From the NCBI GenBank assembly GCA_007126035.1, contig SLCC01000010.1:9141-73140 (forward strand): 64,000 nucleotides of DNA, given 5' to 3'. The notes under the pieces are model-generated. The model saw nothing but the letters and a program-made list of their open reading frames with translations. It did not search any database and was not told the origin of the DNA. This DNA comes from Gemmatimonadota bacterium. Its GTDB lineage: Bacteria > Gemmatimonadota > Gemmatimonadetes > Longimicrobiales > RSA9. Shown piece after piece: positions 48,721 to 56,384 of the stretch. The stretch's first letter is position 1. Every line of letters begins with the position of its first letter. The translations under genes and the position numbers were made by a program.

Positions 48721-50457
48721 ATGACAATCGTGCCGGACCCGGACCTGCTCCGGGACCTGGGGATAATGGTGGTGGCGGCGACGGCCTTCGCCCTGCTGGC
48801 CCGTCCGTTCCGAGCTCCCGGGATGGTCGCGTTCCTGGCCGTAGGAGTGATCCTGGGACCCGCGGCTGGGCTGCTCGAGGTCACTGAGGCCACCGAGGGC
48901 CTGGCGGAGGTGGGCATCATCTTCCTCCTCTTCCTCCTGGGCCTGGAGCTGAGCGTACACCAGATCAAGGCCGTGGGGAAGACCGCCTTCGTGGTGGGCG
49001 GAGCCCAGATGGCCCTGAGCGCCGGCCTGGCCTTCGGCATCTCGGTCCTCTTCGGCCTGCCGACGACGCACGCCCTGTTCATGGGCCTGGCTCTCATGTA
49101 CAGCAGCACCGTGGTGGTGGTGAAGCTGCTGGAGAAGAAGGGGGACGTGGGCGCCCGCTACGGGGAGATATCCGTAGGCATCCTCCTGGTGCAGGACCTG
49201 GCCGTGGTGGTGGTGCTGGCGCTGGTGACGGCGCTCGGCGCACACGGCGGCGGTGGCACTGGCCAGGAGATGGCCGAGGCGGGCGGGGAGAACGGCCTCC
49301 CGCCGCTGGCAGAGGCGGCACTGGCGGTGGGCGGGCTCCTGCTCCTGGCCGGTGCCACCGCCGCCGCCGCCCGCTACCTCCTGCCCAGGCTCTTCCACTG
49401 GGTCTCCCACTACCCGGAGGCCCTTTTCATCTGGAGCCTGGGCTGGTGCTTCCTGTTCGTGGCCGCCGCGGAGCTGCTGGACCTGGCGCCGGAGGTAGGG
49501 GCCTTCCTGGCGGGGATCGGCCTGGCCCAGCTCCCCTATCACGAACACCTGTACCGGCGGGTCCACCCCCTCATGAACTTCTTCCTGGCCCTGTTCTTCG
49601 TGTACCTGGGCCTGCAGATCGAGCCCGTGGCGGCCCTCCAGGAATGGCCGCTCCTGGTGGCGCTCATCCTGTCGGTCATGGTCGGCAAGCCGATCATCTT
49701 CCTCTTCCTCCTGCCCCGCATGGGCCATGGAGACCGGACCACCTTCCTGAGCTCCCTGACCCTGTCCCAGAGCAGCGAGTTCTCCCTCATCCTCGGCGCC
49801 CTGGCCCTTGGTCTGGGCCTGATCGACGAGACCGTCTTCTCTGTCCTGGGCATCATCGCCCTGATGACCATGGCCCTCTCCGCCTACCTCATCCAGTACA
49901 ATCGACCCATCGCGGCCCGCTGGGGCCACGTGAGCAGGTGGTTCGGCGCCCGGCCAGAGGACGACCAGGACGAAACGAGCCCGGCCGAGACGGGCCCGCG
50001 CGAGACGACCGATGAGGGCACGGGGCGGGAAGCCAGGGATGGGGAGCAGCGTTCGGGACACATCATCATAGTGGGGATGAACGCGCTGGCGGAGCTGCTG
50101 GCGGAGCGGCTGAAGGAGCGTGGTGAGTCGTTGGTGATCGTCGAACAGCGGCTGGAGAAGGTGGAGGCGCTCCCCTACGAGACGGTCCTGGGCGATGCGG
50201 ACTACGAGCCGGTATTGGAGGCGGCGAGGATACGGGAGGCCCGCCTCCTCATCTCCACCATCGAGGACGAGGAGCTGAACAGTCTGCTCGTCTACCGCTG
50301 CCACCAGCACGGGGTGCCGTGCAGCATGCACGGCTACGACCGGACCATCGTCAAGGAGCTGCGGATCGAGGGTGCGGACCACCTGATCGAGTCCACCGAG
50401 GCGGAACGGGAGGCGGTGCTCCAGGCCCTGGGGCGGGAAGGGGTGATGCGGTCATGA
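48721..50457 (+). CDS. CPA2 (KefB/KefC-like) cation:proton antiporter with C-terminal RCK domain
   Basis: LFLLGLELS, YSSTVVVVK, LLVQDLA, GAFLAGI, VGKP and SQSSEFSLI. Confidence 0.92.
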   Translation: MTIVPDPDLLRDLGIMVVAATAFALLARPFRAPGMVAFLAVGVILGPAAGLLEVTEATEGLAEVGIIFLLFLLGLELSVHQIKAVGKTAFVVGGAQMALSAGLAFGISVLFGLPTTHALFMGLALMYSSTVVVVKLLEKKGDVGARYGEISVGILLVQDLAVVVVLALVTALGAHGGGGTGQEMAEAGGENGLPPLAEAALAVGGLLLLAGATAAAARYLLPRLFHWVSHYPEALFIWSLGWCFLFVAAAELLDLAPEVGAFLAGIGLAQLPYHEHLYRRVHPLMNFFLALFFVYLGLQIEPVAALQEWPLLVALILSVMVGKPIIFLFLLPRMGHGDRTTFLSSLTLSQSSEFSLILGALALGLGLIDETVFSVLGIIALMTMALSAYLIQYNRPIAARWGHVSRWFGARPEDDQDETSPAETGPRETTDEGTGREARDGEQRSGHIIIVGMNALAELLAERLKERGESLVIVEQRLEKVEALPYETVLGDADYEPVLEAARIREARLLISTIEDEELNSLLVYRCHQHGVPCSMHGYDRTIVKELRIEGADHLIESTEAEREAVLQALGREGVMRS

Positions 50458-52058
50458 TCGGCCTGGCGCTCATGCTCGCAATGGCCTGTCTGGCGTACGG
50501 CATCGCCCGGTGGATGGGCGCCGACGCCCTGCCCTTCCTCCTGGTCGGCGGGTTCTTGCTGGCCCGCCTCCCGGTGCAGTTGCCGGAGGAGCTGGTCCAG
50601 CACGCGGCCGTGATGGGCCTGACCTTCCTGGCCTTTCTGGCGGGGCACGAGCTGAACCCGCACCGGATCACACCCCTGGGCCGCGCCTCCATCATAGCGA
50701 CGCTGGTCCGGGTCCCGGGGCTGGGCCTGGTCGGGGCGGGAGCCGCGGCGCTCCTGGGGTACCAACCCGCCGCTGTCCTGGTGGTGGGCCTGGCGGTGGG
50801 CTCCTGCTCGCCCGTCATGGGGGTCCGGCTGCTCAGTGAGCGCAGGGAGTTCTTCCAGCCCGCCGGCCGTCTGGCGGCGGGCGTCCTGCTGATCCAGGGG
50901 CTGGCCCTGATCCTGGTCCTGCCCCTCCTGGCCTGGCCGGTGGACGGTGCGCCGGCCGTCTTCTCCCGCGCCCTGGGCGCAGCGGCGTTGATCGTTGTCG
51001 CCTCCGCCTTCATGCGCTGGCTGGCCCGCTACCTGGTGACGCACCTGGAGCTGGACGAGGAGGTGACGTTGCTCGTCCTGTTCTCCGTCCTGGCCCTGTT
51101 CGGCGGGCTGGCGCTGGTCCTGGGCCTGCCGCTACTGGCGGGGGCGTTCCTGGCCGGGCTGGCTTTGTCACGCTTCCCCGTGAACGGGATAGTCCGTGGC
51201 TACCTCCAGTCCACGTCCGACCTGGCGACGGCGCTGGCGTTCACCTCCCTCGGCGCGCTGGTCACCATCCCCGGCGGCGGAGACCTGGTCCTGGCCCTGG
51301 TCCTGACCGCACTGGTCCTGGTGCTGTCGCCGCTCCTGCTGGCGTTCGTGGGCCGGGGCGACGGCCTCACCACCAGGCCCGCCTTCCGGAGCGGCGTGAT
51401 CCTGGGCCAGACCAGCGAGTTCTCCCTGGTGGTGGTGCTCCACGCCGTGGCCCTGGGCCTGGTGGCGAACCAGCTCCTGGGCGTAGTGCTCCTGGTCACC
51501 GCCGTCACCATGCTGGCCACACCCCTCCTCTCCCGTGACCACCGGGTCTGGGACCTGATCACCGGCATCCTTCCCTGGAGGCGCCGGGTCGCCGGCGACG
51601 CCTCCGGTCGAATCCTCTTCCTGGGCCTCCACCACACTGACCTCCCCCTGCTCACCGCGCTGCGGGACCAGGGCCGCGAGCTGCTCATCGTGGACGACGA
51701 CCCGGCGCTGGTGGCCACCGTGCGGGACCTGACCGACGGAGCCCTTGTCGCGGATGGCTCCAGCCCGAGGGTGCTGGAGCGGCTTCGCGCAAGCCGGGCC
51801 AGGGCGGTGGTGGTGACGCTGCGGCCATTCACAGCCGCTGAGACCTGCATCCGCTCGCTGGCCCGTCCTCCCCGTCCTCCCGTGATAGCGAGAGTCAGGA
51901 GCACCGGTGAGGCGGAGCGGGCAGGATCGCTGGGAGCGGTGCCGGTGCTGTGGGCCGAACCCATCGTCCAGGACCTCCTGGAGTGGTTGGAGGCGATAGG
52001 TATCGAGACGGACCCGAACGCTGCCGCAGGGCCGAGCGCCACGCATCCCCCGCGGTAG
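50454..52058 (+). CDS. Second, divergent CPA2-fold protein with RCK domain
   Basis: FLAGHELN, GAFLAGL and GQTSEFSLV; ATGA overlap with the previous gene; QD motif reads QG. Confidence 0.85.
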   Translation: MIGLALMLAMACLAYGIARWMGADALPFLLVGGFLLARLPVQLPEELVQHAAVMGLTFLAFLAGHELNPHRITPLGRASIIATLVRVPGLGLVGAGAAALLGYQPAAVLVVGLAVGSCSPVMGVRLLSERREFFQPAGRLAAGVLLIQGLALILVLPLLAWPVDGAPAVFSRALGAAALIVVASAFMRWLARYLVTHLELDEEVTLLVLFSVLALFGGLALVLGLPLLAGAFLAGLALSRFPVNGIVRGYLQSTSDLATALAFTSLGALVTIPGGGDLVLALVLTALVLVLSPLLLAFVGRGDGLTTRPAFRSGVILGQTSEFSLVVVLHAVALGLVANQLLGVVLLVTAVTMLATPLLSRDHRVWDLITGILPWRRRVAGDASGRILFLGLHHTDLPLLTALRDQGRELLIVDDDPALVATVRDLTDGALVADGSSPRVLERLRASRARAVVVTLRPFTAAETCIRSLARPPRPPVIARVRSTGEAERAGSLGAVPVLWAEPIVQDLLEWLEAIGIETDPNAAAGPSATHPPR

Positions 52059-52194
52059 CGAGACGCCCGTCGCCAGACCCCCGGGGCGCGCGGTGGCAAG
52101 CGCCTCCAGCATGAGAACCGCGTCCCCCACGGCCAGCAGGCTGTTGCCCACCAGGAGCACCCGGAGAAGGTCGTGCTCCGGGCGAGCCGTGGAG

Positions 52195-54528
52195 TCACCG
52201 TCCGGTGGTGGTGGTCACCACGTTGGAGGGGCCCGAGCAACCGCCGTCGTGGCAGGCCAGTACCCGATACGAGTAGGTGGTGTTCGGCTCCACGGACCGG
52301 TCCTGGTATCCCGTGTCCTCCGTCTCGGCCAGGGTCTCGAAGCCGCCGTCACCCGACGCCCGTTCGACCCGGAAATGGGTGGCGTGAGTGCTGTTGTCCT
52401 GCCAGGTCAGCTGTACCCGGTCGGCGCGGGCGTAGACGACCCGTAGCCTCTCCGGCGCGGTCGGCGGCGTGAGCACGGTCGCCTGGTTGGACGGGCCGGA
52501 GCAGCCGGCATCGTTGCACGCCAGGACCCGGTACGTGACCGCCTGGTCCTCGGGGGCGTCGCCATCCAGGAACGCGTCCGCGTCGGCCCCCGCTGTGTGG
52601 ATGACGGTGAACGCACCGTCGTCTGCCTGCCGCTCGATCCGGTGCTCCGTGACCGACCCGGTACCCGGAGTCCACCGCAGCTGCACGCCCGCCCCCTGCT
52701 CATACACAGCGCTCAGACCGGAAGGCTCACCGGGGACGGCGGGTGGATCGGTGGTGGCGTCGTCGATGACCCAGCCGGAGCAACCGTCTACGTTGCAGGA
52801 CCGGATCCGGTACTCGTAGCGGGTGTCCGCCGACAGGCCCGCATCGTCGAACGTGGTGACGGACCGCTCCACGGTTGCAATGGGCTGGAAGCCATCGCTC
52901 CCGCCGTCCTGCCGCTCGATCTGCACCTCCGTTCCGGTGACGCTGTGGTCGGTCCAGCTCAGCCGGATCTCGGACGCGGATCGTGCGGCGGCGGTGAAGC
53001 CGGTGGGCGCCACGGGGGGTGTCATGGCCGTGGCCTCATCCGAGAAGGCGGAGCACACGTCGGCCTCCCAGCACGCCGCCACCCGGTAGCTGTACACCCG
53101 GTCCGAGACCACGTCCCCGTCGGACAGGGTGGTGGTCCCCGCACCTACGTCGCCCAGGTGGGCGAACTCGCCATCGCCCACCCGCCGCTGGACCACGAAG
53201 TCGGCCGCACCCTCACTGTTGTCCGTCCAGGCCAGCTCGATCCGGGATGCCGACGCCACGTCGGCGGTGAGGCCGGTGGGCGCGGCGGGGGGCGGCTGGG
53301 CCTCCGTGGTAGCCGTGGCCTCCTCCGCGAAAGCGGAGCACCCGCCGGAGTTGCAGGCCTGCACCCGATAGGTGTAGGTGGTCTCGGGACTCAGCCCCCG
53401 GTCCGAATGGCTCGTCTGGTCCCGAGCCGCGGTGACCAGGAGCTCGAAGTCACTGCCCGGATCGCGTCGCTCGAGCCGGAACGATGTCTCCGTAGCGCTG
53501 TTGTCTGTCCAGGACAGGTCGATCCGGGACTCGGATACCGGGTCGGCCCGCAGGGCCGTGGGCGCCACGGGGTGTGTGGTGGCACTGGCCTGCCCGCTGG
53601 GGGCCGAGCAGCCGCCTGGCCCGCAGGCCGCCACCCGGTAGACATAGGTGCCGTCCGGGGCCACCGTCCCATCGGTGTGGCTCACGACACCGGCGTCGAC
53701 GCGGTCCAGCAGCGTGAACTGCGTCTCTCCCGGGCCCCGCCGCTCGATGTCGAACCCGGCTCGACCGTCGCTGTTGTCCGTCCAGCTCAGGTGGACCTCC
53801 GCCTCTCCGTCCGTGGCAGAGGCCGTCAGTCCTGACGGTGGCGACGGAATCCCATGGCCGAGCTCCAGCGTCACGGTCAGGTGGGCCGACGACGTGGAGG
53901 ATGCCTCCACGGTTACCCTGGCGCTGTACGTGCCCGGCTCCAAACCGTCCAGGCTCACCGACACCCGCAGCGTGGTGGGGGCCGAGCTGGAGGCCAGCGC
54001 CGCGGTGAGCCAACCGCCAGCGTCGTCGTAAGACACCGCCACCGCCAGCCCCTCCAGCGGGAGGTCACCTCCGTTGGTGACCGCCACGTCCGCGGGCGCC
54101 GGGTCGGGCGTGCCAGCCTGCTCCGCGAAGCTCAGCTCCTGGACGTCGAGCACCAGCGATGGCGGGTACCGGACGTCCACCAGGGCGCTGCCCGTGCGGC
54201 CGCCCATGGTCGCGGCGATGGTGGCCTCTCCCCGGGCATGGCCCGTGACCAGGCCCGCGTCGTCCACCGTGGCCACGGCCTCATCGTCGCTGCGCCACGC
54301 CACGGGATAGCCCGACACCGTCCGCTCCTTGTGGTCGAGCCCCCTGGCCGTCAGCTGCACGGCGGAGCCCAACGCCAGCTGGGAGTGGGGCGGGTCCACC
54401 ACCACGGACTCCACTTCCACGGGCTGAACCACCACGTCCTCACACGCCAGGCCGGGCACCAGCGCGCTGGCCAGCAGCAGAACCCGGCACCCGCGCGCCG
54501 CCGGGCCTGGCCCGGGCCGCACCGTCAT
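52195..54528 (-). CDS. Surface lipoprotein: Ig-like (Big_2), BACON-like and six fibronectin type III repeats
   Basis: Lipobox GLAC; WRSDDEAVATVD; six P..P..L.A...L.W.D...Y.YR..(A/S)C...CS repeats. Start uncertain. Confidence 0.88.
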   Translation of the reverse strand: MTVRPGPGPAARGCRVLLLASALVPGLACEDVVVQPVEVESVVVDPPHSQLALGSAVQLTARGLDHKERTVSGYPVAWRSDDEAVATVDDAGLVTGHARGEATIAATMGGRTGSALVDVRYPPSLVLDVQELSFAEQAGTPDPAPADVAVTNGGDLPLEGLAVAVSYDDAGGWLTAALASSSAPTTLRVSVSLDGLEPGTYSARVTVEASSTSSAHLTVTLELGHGIPSPPSGLTASATDGEAEVHLSWTDNSDGRAGFDIERRGPGETQFTLLDRVDAGVVSHTDGTVAPDGTYVYRVAACGPGGCSAPSGQASATTHPVAPTALRADPVSESRIDLSWTDNSATETSFRLERRDPGSDFELLVTAARDQTSHSDRGLSPETTYTYRVQACNSGGCSAFAEEATATTEAQPPPAAPTGLTADVASASRIELAWTDNSEGAADFVVQRRVGDGEFAHLGDVGAGTTTLSDGDVVSDRVYSYRVAACWEADVCSAFSDEATAMTPPVAPTGFTAAARSASEIRLSWTDHSVTGTEVQIERQDGGSDGFQPIATVERSVTTFDDAGLSADTRYEYRIRSCNVDGCSGWVIDDATTDPPAVPGEPSGLSAVYEQGAGVQLRWTPGTGSVTEHRIERQADDGAFTVIHTAGADADAFLDGDAPEDQAVTYRVLACNDAGCSGPSNQATVLTPPTAPERLRVVYARADRVQLTWQDNSTHATHFRVERASGDGGFETLAETEDTGYQDRSVEPNTTYSYRVLACHDGGCSGPSNVVTTTTGR

Positions 54529-54607
54529 CCCATCGCGGGCCTGTCTCGGGATGTGAGCACCGCTTCCGTCCACAATCACCTCTGGCCGCTCTTGATTCAG
54601 CTCCCGC

Positions 54608-54641
54608 AAACAAAAAAGGGCCCGCCCGAACAGCGGAGCCC
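54608..54641 (-). terminator. Intrinsic terminator on the minus strand
   Basis: GGGCTCCGC-loop-GCGGGCCC followed by TTTTTTGTTT. Confidence 0.7.
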
Positions 54642-54663
54642 CCGTTGGCATCTACCCACTCCC

Positions 54664-54692
54664 AAGATGGACACGGCTACAGGTCTGTGCAA
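54664..54692 (-). promoter_or_regulatory. Possible sigma70 promoter
   Basis: Minus strand TTGCAC-N17-CATCTT. Confidence 0.4.
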
Positions 54693-54791
54693 GCGACACG
54701 GAGCTCGACTGCGCGGCACTGAACCCGTCAGTGGGCTCGGCGCTCGGACGGTACCTGGCATGTTGCGCCACAGCCGTCGCGATACGGTCCA

Positions 54792-55760
54792 CTATTGCGT
54801 CCGGATACCGCCGAACACCGACCACTCGATCCGGTCCGTGAGCAGCTCCAGCGCCAGCGTGCCGAGCAGCGAGTTGCCGTTCGCATCGAGCCCGGGCGCC
54901 CAGACCGCGATGGAGGCGGTGTTGGGCACGATAGCCAGGATGCCGCCCCCGACCCCGCTCTTGGCCGGCAATCCCACGCGGTAGGCAAAGTCGCCCGAGC
55001 CATCATACTGGCCGCAGGTCATCATCAGCGACATGATCCGCCGTGCCCGGCACCTGGCCGGGTCGCCGCGGTTCGAGGCGGCGTCCGGCCCCTCGAGCAT
55101 CAGGAACCGGCCGACCCGGGCCAGCTGGCGGCAGGACAGCTCGATGGCGCACTGGTGCACGTAGGCGTCCATCACCTGGTCGATGTCGCAGCGGAAGTTG
55201 CCGAAATGCTTGGCCAGGCTCATCAGTGCCCGGTTGAGGTGACCCCCGGTCTCGTCGGAGCGGGCCACCTCCTCGTTGATGCCGAAGCCCTCGCCGTCGA
55301 CCAGGTCCGAGACGAAGTCGATCACCGCCGTCACCTCGCCCTCGCCGCCGAGCTTCTCGACCAGCATGTCGATCACTACCAGAGCCCCGGCGTTGATGAA
55401 CGGGTTGCGTGGGTGGCCCTCGTGGCGCTCGAGATCGATGATCGAGTTGAATGGGTCGCCCGACGGTTCGCGCCCGACACGCTTCCACAGCTCGTCGCCG
55501 TATGCCTCGAGCGCCAGCTCCAGTGAGAAGACCTTGGAGATGCTCTGGATCGAGAACGGCGTATCGGCTTCGCCGCCGGCGACGATGTCACCATCGCGAG
55601 TGAGGATCGCCATCCCGAAGTGGTGGGTGTCGACTTCCTTCAGCGCCTCGATCCGGGTGCTCACCTCGCCCCACTGCTCGCTGGCGCGCATCTGCTCGGT
55701 TATCCCGGCCACGGCGCGCTCCACCTCGTCCAGGTCGATCGGCCGACTACTATCCTGCAT
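54792..55760 (-). CDS. glsA: Glutaminase
   Basis: FSIQSISK, VGREPSGDPFNS, RNPFINAGA and VGLPAKSGVGGGI; GGGAGG RBS before ATG 55760. Confidence 0.95.
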   Translation of the reverse strand: MQDSSRPIDLDEVERAVAGITEQMRASEQWGEVSTRIEALKEVDTHHFGMAILTRDGDIVAGGEADTPFSIQSISKVFSLELALEAYGDELWKRVGREPSGDPFNSIIDLERHEGHPRNPFINAGALVVIDMLVEKLGGEGEVTAVIDFVSDLVDGEGFGINEEVARSDETGGHLNRALMSLAKHFGNFRCDIDQVMDAYVHQCAIELSCRQLARVGRFLMLEGPDAASNRGDPARCRARRIMSLMMTCGQYDGSGDFAYRVGLPAKSGVGGGILAIVPNTASIAVWAPGLDANGNSLLGTLALELLTDRIEWSVFGGIRTQ

Positions 55761-55994
55761 CGGCGCCTCCCCTCGTTGCCAGACAGCCCGCGGCGGCCCC
55801 GGCTGGTTCATCCCAGCTGTTCGGCTCTTCCATCAAGGCCCGGCCCCCGCCGGTGCTGACCTGAAGGCTTCGCTCCGCACCATCCGCACCACGCCCATGG
55901 CGCGGCGCGAAAGGGCGTTTGAATTGCGTGCTCCCTGCGTACATCGACGCGCACGACCTGGGCGAGCAGCTGCACGGTGATCTGTGAACTACAC

Positions 55995-56023
55995 TTGACC
56001 GTCAACCCCGTCCGACCCATCAT
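55995..56023 (+). promoter_or_regulatory. Possible sigma70 promoter of the susCD-susCD operon
   Basis: TTGACC-N17-CATCAT; would give a leader of about 350 nt. Confidence 0.5.
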
Positions 56024-56032
56024 GGAAAAGGC

Positions 56033-56257
56033 GGGCAGTGGTCCCACCGGTTCACCCCCGGTCACGGACACGCTGCCCCTATGATGCCCATTCCCTCGCA
56101 GACCTGCGGGAATGGCACGACCGGCCAACCGGGACAGGCACCTTGCTCACAGCAGCAGGACGCCGAGGGGTAGCGAACCCTCGAGCCGCATCCCCTTGCG
56201 GGTCGAAACGCTATCGCTGTGAGCGGAGCCGATGGCTCCAGAGCGGCCCCGGGCCGC
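56033..56257 (+). ncRNA. Candidate structured 5' leader RNA (family not recognised)
   Basis: Consecutive helices at 56033-56078, 56085-56117, 56145-56224 (multi-stem), 56225-56239 and 56243-56257. Confidence 0.35.
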
Positions 56258-56384
56258 ACCCGCACTTCCTTTCTATTTCAGTTGGTCTGGCTGTGATCGC
56301 TGCGATGGGCGACCCCGAGCGGGGGAGCTCCCAAGCACGTCGCCGCGTTTTCTTTCCCAAATTTCGTACGGAGTGGAGGAACCT

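Noticed and set aside
56079-56215. Hammerhead ribozyme or known riboswitch in the susC leader
   Set aside because: GAAAC is present but the CUGANGA core is not, and I found no match to cobalamin, TPP, SAM-I, c-di-GMP or glnA consensus sequences by eye.
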